Part shown: in pieces, positions 28,131 through 37,901 of the stretch | Layout: the number at the start of each line of letters is the position of its first letter | Position numbering within the stretch: the stretch's first letter is position 1 | NCBI GenBank assembly: GCA_030648265.1 | Contig: JAUSHX010000028.1 | Span: 249 to 64,248, forward strand | DNA from: a bacterium | Lineage (GTDB): Bacteria > Patescibacteriota > Minisyncoccia > Phycocordibacterales > UBA2100 | Length of the DNA: 64,000 nucleotides | Direction: 5' to 3' | Program-made: the position numbers and the translations under genes | Notes under the pieces: generated by a model | The model's database searches: none | What the model was told of the DNA's origin: nothing | The model's input: only the letters and a program-made list of their open reading frames with translations

Positions 28131-31031
28131 ATGGTCTATATATCAACGAAAAAAGCCTCAGATATTTTGGGAGTATCTCCAACAACCATGAGACGATATG
28201 CGGATGCTGGGAGTTTGCCCGTTGTTCGCTTGTCGCAATCGAGGCACCGCCGTTTTGCCGTATCTGACGTTAGTAAGTTGTTGACGGACCTTTCAGTAAG
28301 AGGCGATGAGAATGGGTTCCACAAGAAGAATAGTCCATCTTTCGCCAAACCGCATCCTTCTCACTATCTATTACATAAATATTGGGGCAGAAAGGCCCAT
28401 AATATTGTCGAGAACTATGTTAAGCGATACACCCGAAAAGGAGATGTGGTACTTGATCCGTTCATGGGGAGTGGCGTTGTATTAATTGAATCGGCGAAAG
28501 CACATCGTAAGGCTATTGGAATCGACATTAACCCTTTGTCGAAGTTCATTGTTGACGGTACTACGCAGAAAGTTAACCCCGAGGAACTCGCCGAGGTCTT
28601 TGGAAACATTCTGTCTCAGTTGGAGGCAGCATTTGAATACTACAATATGACAAAATGTTTGCACTGTAGACTCGATTCAACCATAGAAACTACGGTATGG
28701 AATGAGACGGAGCCAGCAGTCATCAGATTCCGCTGCCCCGTTCACGGCGTCGGTGTTAAAGTCCCGTCCCAAAGTGATAAGAGGGTTATTAGAGAGGCAC
28801 GCACTCTGTTTGAAGATCTTGAGGCGGCACACGAATTACAATACCCCAAGGATGAGATTTTAAAATATGTAAAAAGAAGTGGAGTATCGACTATAGATGC
28901 GCTCTTTACATCCCGGGCGTTAGTGCAGTTGTCCCACCTGCTTATCCTAATAGAAAAAGTGGAAGTCCAGTCTGTCCGCGACACTTTAAAATTAATATTT
29001 AGTTCAATGTTACCGAACGTCTCGAAGATGATACCTGGCGATATTGAAAAAGGAACGTATAAGTCTGGTTGGGTCATCAGCAAATTTTGGGTTCCCAAAA
29101 TACATACGGAACGCTCCGTGTTGCATTGCTTGAAACTCCGATTCCAATCTGTTTTCAAAGGGAAAAAAGAGTTAAAAGATTTAGACGAGAGCTTAATTCA
29201 ATCGCACATAGCAGATAGTAAGAAACTGGCTCTCGATGATAATTCAGTCGATTATATTTTTACTGACCCGCCTTATGGAGAGAGTATTGCATACCTCGCC
29301 TTGAGTCATTTTTACAATGCCTGGTTTAAAATGCTACCTGAATATTCTAATGAGATTATTATCGATCCATATAGAAAGATTTCGAAAGAAGATTTTGCAA
29401 GAAATATCCAAAAATGTTTTGGAGAGATGTATAGGGTTCTTAAACCAAATAGGTTTCTATCCTTCACCTTTCACAATAGGAATTTGGATGTGTGGAAGAC
29501 TATCCTAGAGGCATGCCTAAAGTCGGGATTTACACTTAAGGACATTGTCTTTCAGCCACAGGCAGTTTCGTCGGGAACACAGGGTATCAACAGAAAGAAT
29601 ACCTTATACGGGGATTTCATCTATACATTTCAAAAACCTAAGAAAAAGAAGATTCATGAGGGGTTCAAATACTTCGATAACGCCTACGGTTTTCTGGTTA
29701 ATACAATAAATTCTCTATTAGTATCAAAAGGGCAGGTTTCTACGGCTGAATTGTATGAGCATATAATACCTATTATTGTGAAGAATCACGCATATCTGGA
29801 TAAGGATGGGAAAATTATCGATTTGGAGACATTGATCAGTAATAATTTTGAGTATAAGAAGACAGAGAAAGGTGATCGGTGGCGTGCCCTTTCCAGAGTT
29901 GCCAACACATCACGTTTCACGGTCGTGGACTTATTTGCGGGGGCGGGCGGTTTTTCTGAGGGATTTAAACACGCGGGGTTTGACATTGCTGTTGCGGTTG
30001 AAAATGACTCACGTCATAGCGAAACGTATGTGCACAATCACCCAAATACTAGATTGATAGTGGACGGAGTTGAAAACATCTCAACATCAAAGAGGCGGGG
30101 GAGGTTCTCAATTTCAGAGTTTCTAAGGGAGAATCATAAATCTTGCAACATCATCATTGGAGGTCCTCCATGTCAGGGATTCAGCATGGCAGGTTCGCGA
30201 ATTAGAAGAAAAAGAAGATTCTTATCGGATAGACGAAATACCCTGTTTCTTGAATACGTAAATTTGGTTGAAGATTTAAATCCAGAAGTATTTATACTGG
30301 AAAATGTACCGGGAATACTCAACTATGATAACGGAGCCGTAAAAGAAGAGATCATATCGAAATTCGCAGAGCTTGGATATGATGTGCATGCTGAAATCTT
30401 AGACGCAAGTAAGTATGGTATTCCTCAATCTAGAAAGCGGGCTTTTTTCATTGGGAACAGATTGGGCATTCCGTCGAAAACTCTATTTCCGAATTCACAA
30501 TGTGATAACGAAACTGTGTCAGTATGGGATGCGATTAGTGACCTTCCTCAAATTATGAGCGGTGAAGGAGGTCAGGTTATAAAAAACAATATGATGGTAC
30601 CTCAGTCACATTATCAGCAAATAATGCGATTGGAAAACGAGGACTGTATTTTCAATCATGAAGCGCCAACGCATAGTCAGGCCACTCTAGATGTTATGAA
30701 ACTCATAAAACCAGGTAAGGGATTGAAGGATCTACCTAAGGAATTTCACACAAGATCGGTTCATAGTGGTGCATATGGTCGAATGGAAAAGGATAGGCCA
30801 GCGTTCACCTTAACGACTCGTCTAAACACTCCATCGGTTGGAAGAATTACGCACCCAGTACTGCATAGAACGATCACGCCTCGAGAGGCTGCCAGGTTAC
30901 AGAGTTTCTCTGATTCGTATCGATTCTTCGGTGACGTGACAACTCAGGGAATTCAAATTGGCAACGCAGTACCTCCACTCCTGGCTGAATTAATTGCCAA
31001 AGAGATTATGAAAAAAGCTTTTGATCGGTAG
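28131..31031 (+). CDS. fusion protein: MerR/excisionase-like HTH + amino (N4/N6) DNA methyltransferase + C5-cytosine DNA methyltransferase
   Basis: HTH (ASDILGVSPTTMRRYAD); amino-MTase motif I VLDPFMGSGVV and motif IV IFTDPPYG; C5-MTase motifs FAGAGGFSEGF (I), GGPPCQGFS (IV), ENV (VI), QSRKRAFFIG (VIII), GNAV (X). Confidence 0.8.
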   Translation: MVYISTKKASDILGVSPTTMRRYADAGSLPVVRLSQSRHRRFAVSDVSKLLTDLSVRGDENGFHKKNSPSFAKPHPSHYLLHKYWGRKAHNIVENYVKRYTRKGDVVLDPFMGSGVVLIESAKAHRKAIGIDINPLSKFIVDGTTQKVNPEELAEVFGNILSQLEAAFEYYNMTKCLHCRLDSTIETTVWNETEPAVIRFRCPVHGVGVKVPSQSDKRVIREARTLFEDLEAAHELQYPKDEILKYVKRSGVSTIDALFTSRALVQLSHLLILIEKVEVQSVRDTLKLIFSSMLPNVSKMIPGDIEKGTYKSGWVISKFWVPKIHTERSVLHCLKLRFQSVFKGKKELKDLDESLIQSHIADSKKLALDDNSVDYIFTDPPYGESIAYLALSHFYNAWFKMLPEYSNEIIIDPYRKISKEDFARNIQKCFGEMYRVLKPNRFLSFTFHNRNLDVWKTILEACLKSGFTLKDIVFQPQAVSSGTQGINRKNTLYGDFIYTFQKPKKKKIHEGFKYFDNAYGFLVNTINSLLVSKGQVSTAELYEHIIPIIVKNHAYLDKDGKIIDLETLISNNFEYKKTEKGDRWRALSRVANTSRFTVVDLFAGAGGFSEGFKHAGFDIAVAVENDSRHSETYVHNHPNTRLIVDGVENISTSKRRGRFSISEFLRENHKSCNIIIGGPPCQGFSMAGSRIRRKRRFLSDRRNTLFLEYVNLVEDLNPEVFILENVPGILNYDNGAVKEEIISKFAELGYDVHAEILDASKYGIPQSRKRAFFIGNRLGIPSKTLFPNSQCDNETVSVWDAISDLPQIMSGEGGQVIKNNMMVPQSHYQQIMRLENEDCIFNHEAPTHSQATLDVMKLIKPGKGLKDLPKEFHTRSVHSGAYGRMEKDRPAFTLTTRLNTPSVGRITHPVLHRTITPREAARLQSFSDSYRFFGDVTTQGIQIGNAVPPLLAELIAKEIMKKAFDR

Positions 31032-31401
31032 TATGGGGAATAGGGTGTCAGGTGCCATTTTTGCGTTAGAATTGGAACATGCCCGACGAAACCCAGGCCC
31101 CTGCGACCGAGCCAGAAACACTGAATGAGCCAGTGGCTAGTAGCCAGCAGCCCGTAGCAATACCAGAAACAGACGTATCAAGTCCTGCGGGCGATATTTC
31201 AAGCACCGAAACCCCGCCTGCGCCCCAAAACGGCCCTGGGGACATCGCGACCCCGGTTCCTGTTAAAGATGCAAATTCGGAGCCGAATTTGGCTGAGAGC
31301 AGTGGCGAAAATACGGAAAAACAGCCTGAAATCGGAGCCGCGGGAGCGGCCGCTACTGCGGTTGCTCCCGCGGCTTCATCCCCCTCGTTTATCGGCGATT
31401 T

Positions 31402-32310
31402 TTGAAAGATAACGGTCTCGCTGTTGGCCAACCAGGAAGATTTGAATTAACAAAAGCGGGCGTGTTGTTGTTTGGTAAAAATCCTTCCATTGCACTTAAA
31501 AATAAGTGTGGAATTAAAATCTCTCATTATTATGGAACAAAACCGAGCCATACCGGAAAACCAAATTTCGTTACTCGTCCGTTTACGGTTGAAGGGCCTT
31601 TGTTGAAGCAGATTGAGCAGGCAATTGAGTACTTCAGGAATATTGTAAAGAATTCGCCACCAAAACTTAGCGGTGCGTCTTTTAACCCTACTTTTTTGGT
31701 TCCGGAATGGGCATTCCAAGAAGCCATAACAAATGCGGTTATCCACAGAAACTATTTTGTCCAAGACGATATACAAGTCAGGTTTTTTGACGATCGCGTT
31801 GAAATCGAAAGCCCCGGAACATATCCAGGCCATATTACTGTTGAAAATATCAGGACCGAACGGTTTGCGAGAAATCCGCTGATTTTGCGAACTCTCAATC
31901 GTTTTCAAATTGCCCCTAACTTGGATATTGGCGAGGGCGTAGATCGCATGTTTAAAGTTATGAAAGAGCAAAACCTGTATGAACCACTTTTCTTTCCGCC
32001 CACGATACGTCCCAATTCTGTTTTATTGTTTTTGCTTAATATTCAGAAAGTTGAGTATTGGGACACTGTCGGTAAGTATTTAGATAAAAATTATCGCATC
32101 TCTAACAAAAGAGCGCGCGAGATAACCAGTGTGCAAGATATTTTGAAAATGTCTCGACTGTTACATAATTGGGTTGAAAAAGGATTATTGGAGAAAATGG
32201 GCAAAGCCAAGAAGGACTGCTATTACCGTAAACCAGGACAGGAAATCCCCAAGGGTTTATTTTCAATGGGGGGTGATAATAAAACCGGCAAAGGGAATTT
32301 ACACCCTTAA
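31402..32310 (+). pseudogene. N-terminally truncated Schlafen/AlbA_2–HATPase_c_4 family protein (divergent AAA, RecG-C-like) fragment; TTG start only
   Basis: Retains …LTKAGVLLFGKNP… (end of the AlbA_2 domain) and the HATPase_c_4-like region; no ATG; preceded by a low-complexity Pro/Ala/Thr ORF in another frame. Confidence 0.45.
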
Positions 32311-32364
32311 AATAGGCATATTTTGGTAGGCCTTATTCTCACAGACACATTAAAGGAAGAAATT

Positions 32365-34158
32365 ATGTCAACGCCGCAATCTGAAAATTCATATATTGCC
32401 AATGAAATCTTGCCTCTCTTGGCAAGTGGTTTTGGCTATCCGATTCACGATTCTGTCAGGGTAAAAATCAACGATGTCCCGATTTTCCGGCCGAGTGGTG
32501 GTCGAGCAGGCACTATGGATATTGTCTACTATCACAATGGTGAGCCAGTACTACTCGTAGAAGCTAAGAGAAAACACAAATCGCATGATGCGGCATTGCA
32601 AGAGGCCCTTAAATATTTACTTAATTTTCCCGTTAAACGTGAAGAGTTCGCTCCATCCGGCATACCCCCGAAATTTTTGGCAACAACTGTCGGCAAAGAA
32701 ATAAAGTTTTATAAATGGTCGTACGATTATTCTCATCAGATACCGGATTTTTTGACAGAAGAAGTTGAGATTCTGTCGTTTAATAGACTTCTTGAGTATT
32801 ACGGTTTAAACGAAAAGTATCAGGCACGTATTTTGGATGTGAGAGGATTTAAGACAGATTTTTTTGACGAATTAGTAGCAATTTTTAAAACAGATGCGAA
32901 GGAGGAAAGAATCACCGCAGATATTATCAAGAAGGTTTCACTGCAGATTCTTAATTTTTTGGCTTATGGAGATAAGTTTGCCGGTCAGCTGCCCTATACC
33001 GGTTTGTCTATACAGGGACAAAAGGCAGTGCGTGACTTGTTTGACCGCTTTAATCTAACATCCTCGCTTGGACCGGAAGCCGCCAGAGAGTTCCGCAGAG
33101 CAATTCTACGCTCCTTTCAGGGTGGCGGATTTAACCAGTATCTTACAGAACAGTGCGTGATTGCTTTCATGGTCGGTCTAGTAGGGGGTTTTAGACCGGA
33201 AACCACGGTGCTTGATTTCGAGTGCGGAAGCGGTGGATTCTTAGCAGCCGCTGTTGAGCTTGGCGTCGGTTTGGAAAATATACGCGGCATAGATATCGAG
33301 GAATTACCTTGTATTGTTGCCAAGACCTATTTAGCTCTATATTTCAAGAAAACGGGTGAATGGATTGATGCTCTACCAGTGAAAAAAGATAACGGCCTGC
33401 TCGACCAAGGGAGTAATTGGGATGTTGTAATCGGCAATCCAGCTGGTGGGAATAAATACGAGCACGGAGGTTTAGTAAAAATTGGAAGTCACCTTGACCG
33501 AGACTTGGATAGAAACGGTCGGCTGGACGACAATCTTTCCGAGTATAACCTTTCCATTCAGCAGGCCGTGATGAGTACAAAGATTGGCGGAAAAATCTGC
33601 CTGATTTTGCCGGAAGGATTTTTTTCGAACTCACAGGATGAGTTTCTGCGCAAATTTGTGGCCAAGCATTGTAAAGTGTTGGCGATTGTTAGTCTGCCGC
33701 GCGGTGTCTTCAAGAAAGGGACCTCAACGCGTCGACTAAGGGGTGGTGCGCAAACCGCCTCTATGAAAATGTCTATTTTTTGTGCAGAGAAAGTGAAAGA
33801 GATTGATAAGGAAGATCTGATTGGCACCGACGATTCTTCTACCGTGAGTTATCCAGTATTTCTTGTGAGCGTAAACGAACCAACATCAACAAGCGGGTCG
33901 GTTTGTGACTGGCTTGAACCGCGCCTCGTTGCCGTATTAGAGCAGTGGGAAGTATGGCGCAGCAGCGAGCATCTTGAAGCAAAGCCGATTACCAAAATCG
34001 CCGCATTAGTAAGTGAAAAGAGAAAGAAACATTTGCCCGCCGTGCCGTTACCTTTCGCACAAAGTCCAGATGCCGATACCAAGTCGGCGCGCAAACGAGC
34101 ACAGCCGAAGACGCAGACCAAGGTCAACAAAGATTTGGACGATATTTTCTCGCAATAA
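32365..34158 (+). CDS. PD-(D/E)xK nuclease domain (HsdR-N-like) fused to an N6-adenine DNA methyltransferase (Type IIG/IIL-like R-M candidate)
   Basis: MDIVYYHNGEPVLLVEAKRK (D…EAK); MTase motif I LDFECGSGGFL and motif IV VVIGNPAGG; SD GGAAG before ATG 32365. Confidence 0.6.
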   Translation: MSTPQSENSYIANEILPLLASGFGYPIHDSVRVKINDVPIFRPSGGRAGTMDIVYYHNGEPVLLVEAKRKHKSHDAALQEALKYLLNFPVKREEFAPSGIPPKFLATTVGKEIKFYKWSYDYSHQIPDFLTEEVEILSFNRLLEYYGLNEKYQARILDVRGFKTDFFDELVAIFKTDAKEERITADIIKKVSLQILNFLAYGDKFAGQLPYTGLSIQGQKAVRDLFDRFNLTSSLGPEAAREFRRAILRSFQGGGFNQYLTEQCVIAFMVGLVGGFRPETTVLDFECGSGGFLAAAVELGVGLENIRGIDIEELPCIVAKTYLALYFKKTGEWIDALPVKKDNGLLDQGSNWDVVIGNPAGGNKYEHGGLVKIGSHLDRDLDRNGRLDDNLSEYNLSIQQAVMSTKIGGKICLILPEGFFSNSQDEFLRKFVAKHCKVLAIVSLPRGVFKKGTSTRRLRGGAQTASMKMSIFCAEKVKEIDKEDLIGTDDSSTVSYPVFLVSVNEPTSTSGSVCDWLEPRLVAVLEQWEVWRSSEHLEAKPITKIAALVSEKRKKHLPAVPLPFAQSPDADTKSARKRAQPKTQTKVNKDLDDIFSQ

Positions 34159-34672
34159 ATTGCAGGTACTGTCATGGACGAGGAACTCTTCGAACTCGCA
34201 AAAGATAACGACCTAACGCTTGATGAGGCCCAGGAGGTTCAGGATTTGGCTGATGAGACGGGTCTGGATCTCAACGAAGCATTGGAAATTTGGCAGGCAC
34301 AATAATAGCAGCCCTGAAACCAGCTGTTGGTAACTCGCTTCGCAACTCGCTAATACTAAGCTAGGGTGCTCAACGATAGCCAAAAGTGCTATCATGTTCT
34401 GTACACCACCAATATCGGCTCGAAAGAGCGTCGACCTAAACTATTCGCAAGAGTGGCATGGTCGAGAAGACCCAATCACGATACTGAACCCGCCTGTTTG
34501 GGCTGTCCCCACTTCTTGCGAATTTCATCTTGACCATGTATACTGCTACGCATAAACACCTTGTCGTAGCTTCGGTTACGGTAAGTCAACGAAAGGGGGC
34601 TTAGGCCCCCTTTTGTTATGTATGGTATTCTTGAATCCATGGTATTCTGAACTTCAGATTCACACTTTCTAT

Positions 34673-35173
34673 ATGGCAACGAAAATAAACCAAGCAAAGT
34701 ATCGCAACGCCATCCTGTTTTTTGCGAGTAGGATTCAAAATGGCACGCTCGGCAAGTTGAAGCTAATGAAGCTTCTCTACTATTTCGATTTCGATTTCTT
34801 CGAGAAATATGGGCGCTCGGTTACAGGTGATAAATACCTACGTTTCGAGAATGGTCCCGTGCCACGTATGGCAGAGAAGATTATAAAGCAGATGGATGGC
34901 AAAGAAATCAAGATTTCGAGGCGAAAGGTAGCTGATGGCTATAAAGACCAGATGCATATAGAAGCTCTTGTGGCCTTTGATATTAGTGTTTTCGAAAAAG
35001 AAGAAATCCTTCTTCTCGAGGAACTTGCGTCCAAATGGGAACGCTTTAGCGGTGCCGAAATGAAAAGTGCGACTCATGGTGAAGCACCATGGATTGCCAC
35101 CGAAGCGAATGGCGTCATCGATTACAATCTCGCCTATTATCGAGACACATACGGCGAAATGGCAAAGGTCTAG
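34673..35173 (+). CDS. Panacea/DUF4065 (SocA-like) domain antitoxin candidate
   Basis: GKLKLMKLLYYFDFDFF…TGDKYLRFENGPVP is a typical DUF4065 signature. Confidence 0.65.
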   Translation: MATKINQAKYRNAILFFASRIQNGTLGKLKLMKLLYYFDFDFFEKYGRSVTGDKYLRFENGPVPRMAEKIIKQMDGKEIKISRRKVADGYKDQMHIEALVAFDISVFEKEEILLLEELASKWERFSGAEMKSATHGEAPWIATEANGVIDYNLAYYRDTYGEMAKV

Positions 35174-35184
35174 CGGAGAACCTC

Positions 35185-35523
35185 ATGGATCTTTGTCGTC
35201 ACGAAGATATCGAGAAAGATTTTCATGCGCTGAAACGCTTTGCTGCGCCACAAGCTTCACTTGAAGCGTGGGAGCGACTCTTTTCACTCAAAGGTCTCAA
35301 AGAAACACCGGGAATTGATGCGTTTCCTGGTTTTGGGGGTGCGAAGATATATAAAGGTCGCGTGGTTCCTCTCAAAGAGAATGTTGGTAAGTCAAAGGGT
35401 TACCGGGTGATTTTTGAATTGCAGGAAGAACAGCGCTATCGCATCGTAGTTTTCTCACGACATGGGATTTATCATGACGAACAAGATTTGATAAATCTTG
35501 TCAGGATCAGACTCAAGCGTTGA
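35185..35523 (+). CDS. RelE/ParE-superfamily toxin candidate (112 aa)
   Basis: C-terminal KGYRVIFEL…YRIVVFSRHGIYHD pattern; 12 nt downstream of the Panacea gene; SD GGAG. Confidence 0.5.
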   Translation: MDLCRHEDIEKDFHALKRFAAPQASLEAWERLFSLKGLKETPGIDAFPGFGGAKIYKGRVVPLKENVGKSKGYRVIFELQEEQRYRIVVFSRHGIYHDEQDLINLVRIRLKR

Positions 35524-35690
35524 TTTCCGGTACGGTACCGCTCGGCCTCTTCGGCCTTCGAAATGCGCCGAAAGTCGTCGAATACTCTTTGAACTGACCC
35601 ATACCGACAGGCATCGCTCGGGCGTACTATAGAGAGGTGAAAGAACCTTTGGTTTGCTTACTGGGTGGGGTAGGGTACCGCCAAGGGCAA

Positions 35691-35721
35691 CAGAAAAACC
35701 GCCCGTATGGCGGTTTTTCTG
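35691..35721. terminator. terminator-like hairpin cagaaaaaccgcccgtatggcggtttttctg
   Basis: Perfect stem with T/A tracts on both sides; lies between the island and ilvD. Confidence 0.6.
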
Positions 35722-35772
35722 TTGGAGGATTGAACTTATTATCCAACGCGGGTATACTTCCACCACGTATAT

Positions 35773-37467
35773 ATGGCCAAGTCTGTTAATCTAAAGCCCC
35801 GCAGTTCGGTGATGACGGAAGGTGATGGGCGCGCTCCAAATCGTGCCATGCTTCGCGCGACCGGATTTACCGATGCGGATTTCAAGAAGCCGATAATCGG
35901 CATAGCGAGCACGTGGAGCGAGGTGACGCCGTGCAACATGCATATCAACAAGCTTGCCGAGCACGTGCACGCGGGTTGCCGCACGGCCGGCCTCGTCCCA
36001 CAGACATTCGGCACAATCACCGTAAGCGACGGCATCTCAATGGGACATGAGGGCATGAAATATTCTCTGGTGAGCAGGGAAGTCATCGCCGACTCCATAG
36101 AAGTTGTCGCCGGAGCGGAGAGATTTGACGGCCTTATAACAATCGGCGGGTGCGATAAGAATATGCCCGGCTGTATGATGGCGATTTCGCGCGTGAACAC
36201 GCCGAGTATTTTTATCTACGGCGGCACAATTATGCCAGGCAAGTTGCACGGCAAAAACATTGACATCGTGAGTATTTTTGAAGCGGTGGGGCAATTTCAG
36301 GCAAACAAAATTAGTGCGAAAGAACTGAAGGCAGTTGAGTGCAATGCGTGTCCGGGTCCCGGTTCATGCGGTGGCATGTACACGGCCAACACAATGTCTG
36401 CCGCGATAGAAGCGATTGGAATGTCACTCCCGTATGGCGCGACGACTCCGGCAATCAGCAAGCAAAAAGCCGACGAGTGCGAAGTGGCAGGTCGTCAAAT
36501 AAAAAATTTGTTGAAGCTCCGACTGCGCCCGAGCGATATCATGACTCGGAGCGCATTTCTGAATGCGATTACGGTCGTTATGGCTGTGGGCGGCTCCACC
36601 AATGCAGTGCTCCATCTTCTCGCTATGGCAAAGGCGGCGAATGTAAATTTGACGATGAAAGATTTCAACACGATTTCCGACCGCACGCCTTTACTTGTGG
36701 ATATGAAACCGGGCGGTAAATATGTGACGGTGAATTTGCATAACGCGGGAGGAATTCCCGGAGTTATGAAAGAGCTTTTGGATGCCGGGCTTCTGAACGG
36801 CGATTGCATGACAATAACAGGGCGTACTGTCGCGGAGAATTTGAAAGGCGTGAAAAGAAAGAACTCGCTCCATCCTGTCATTCACACGGTTAAATCTCCG
36901 GTGAAGAGTCGCGGGCAAATCGTCATCCTCCATGGAAATCTTGCGCCCGAGGGCGGTGTTGCGAAGATTAAGGGCATCAAATCTCTGAAGCACAAAGGGC
37001 CTGCAAAGGTCTTTGAAGACGAGGAAGAGGTTTTCACCGCGCTCAAAAAAGGTTCAATAGTCGCGGGCGACACTATCGTCATCCGCAACGAAGGCCCCAA
37101 GGGAGGCCCAGGTATGCGGGAAATGCTTTCAGTAACCTCGGCTATCATAGGACAAGGGCTCGGCGATTCCGTGGCACTTATAACGGATGGACGATTTTCA
37201 GGAGGCACATACGGATTGGTTGTGGGACACGTTGCACCGGAGGCGTACGTGGGCGGCCCCATAGCGCTCGTCAAGAATGGCGATATCATTACGCTTGATG
37301 TGGAAAAAAAGACGATGTCTGTTGCTGTTTCGGATGCCGAATTCAAGCGCAGGCGAGGCGTATGGAAACAGCCGAAGCCCAGATACAAGAGCGGGGTGTT
37401 GCGAAAATACATAGAGTTGGTTTCATCGGCGAGCCAAGGCGCAGTAACAGATAATTTTGATTTATGA
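35773..37467 (+). CDS. ilvD: dihydroxy-acid dehydratase
   Basis: ILVD/EDD family; CDKN…PGC and SGGT motifs; 564 aa. Confidence 0.95.
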   Translation: MAKSVNLKPRSSVMTEGDGRAPNRAMLRATGFTDADFKKPIIGIASTWSEVTPCNMHINKLAEHVHAGCRTAGLVPQTFGTITVSDGISMGHEGMKYSLVSREVIADSIEVVAGAERFDGLITIGGCDKNMPGCMMAISRVNTPSIFIYGGTIMPGKLHGKNIDIVSIFEAVGQFQANKISAKELKAVECNACPGPGSCGGMYTANTMSAAIEAIGMSLPYGATTPAISKQKADECEVAGRQIKNLLKLRLRPSDIMTRSAFLNAITVVMAVGGSTNAVLHLLAMAKAANVNLTMKDFNTISDRTPLLVDMKPGGKYVTVNLHNAGGIPGVMKELLDAGLLNGDCMTITGRTVAENLKGVKRKNSLHPVIHTVKSPVKSRGQIVILHGNLAPEGGVAKIKGIKSLKHKGPAKVFEDEEEVFTALKKGSIVAGDTIVIRNEGPKGGPGMREMLSVTSAIIGQGLGDSVALITDGRFSGGTYGLVVGHVAPEAYVGGPIALVKNGDIITLDVEKKTMSVAVSDAEFKRRRGVWKQPKPRYKSGVLRKYIELVSSASQGAVTDNFDL

Positions 37468-37787
37468 AACTTGGAATTGTCCTGCAATCAAATGGAGCAG
37501 AACGTGCGTGGAATACACTCCGCCTTGGAATTACTTCGCTTAAGGCGGGTCATAAAGTGGATATCTTTTTAATGAGCGAGGGATCAGAACTTGACGCTAT
37601 TCCCGACAGCGAGAATTTTGATATCTCCGCGAAGGTGAAAGAATTCAAAGGGCTGAACGGAGACATCTATGCGTGCGGCACTTGTCTTAAAGTGCGCGGC
37701 AAGCAGGAAAGCAAGGTATGCCCTGTTTCCACAATGGCAGATTTGCTGAAAATGGTTGAGGGTTCGGATAAATTACTAGTTTTTTGA
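37464..37787 (+). CDS. DsrE/DsrF-like family protein
   Basis: 107 aa, [16 protein letters not shown]…GDIYACGTC pattern of the DsrE fold. Confidence 0.5.
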   Translation: MKLGIVLQSNGAERAWNTLRLGITSLKAGHKVDIFLMSEGSELDAIPDSENFDISAKVKEFKGLNGDIYACGTCLKVRGKQESKVCPVSTMADLLKMVEGSDKLLVF

Positions 37788-37901
37788 TAAAGAAGTTGTT
37801 ATGAGCGAAGCGAATTACAAATTCTTTACCCAGCACCTTTCGCGAAAGGTGCTGGGTGTAAGATTTACTAAACTCATTATCATTCGTTAAGAAAATCTAA
37901 C
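37788..37901 (+). repeat. composite intergenic palindromic element (copy E10), dsrE-like–ilvC spacer
   Basis: gagcgaagcgaattacaaattctttac + cccagcacctttcgcgaaaggtgctggg + tgtaagatttactaaactcattatcattcgttaagaaaatctaac + ATG. Confidence 0.85.

Noticed and set aside
31079-31405. 108-aa Pro/Ala/Thr/Glu-rich ORF
   Set aside because: Low-complexity composition, no start context; more likely untranslated remnant upstream of the truncated Schlafen-like gene than a real protein. Noted only as context.
21670-35540. Prophage or integrative element with integrase
   Set aside because: No integrase, recombinase, transposase or phage structural gene could be recognised anywhere in the island; island status rests only on content and boundary repeats.
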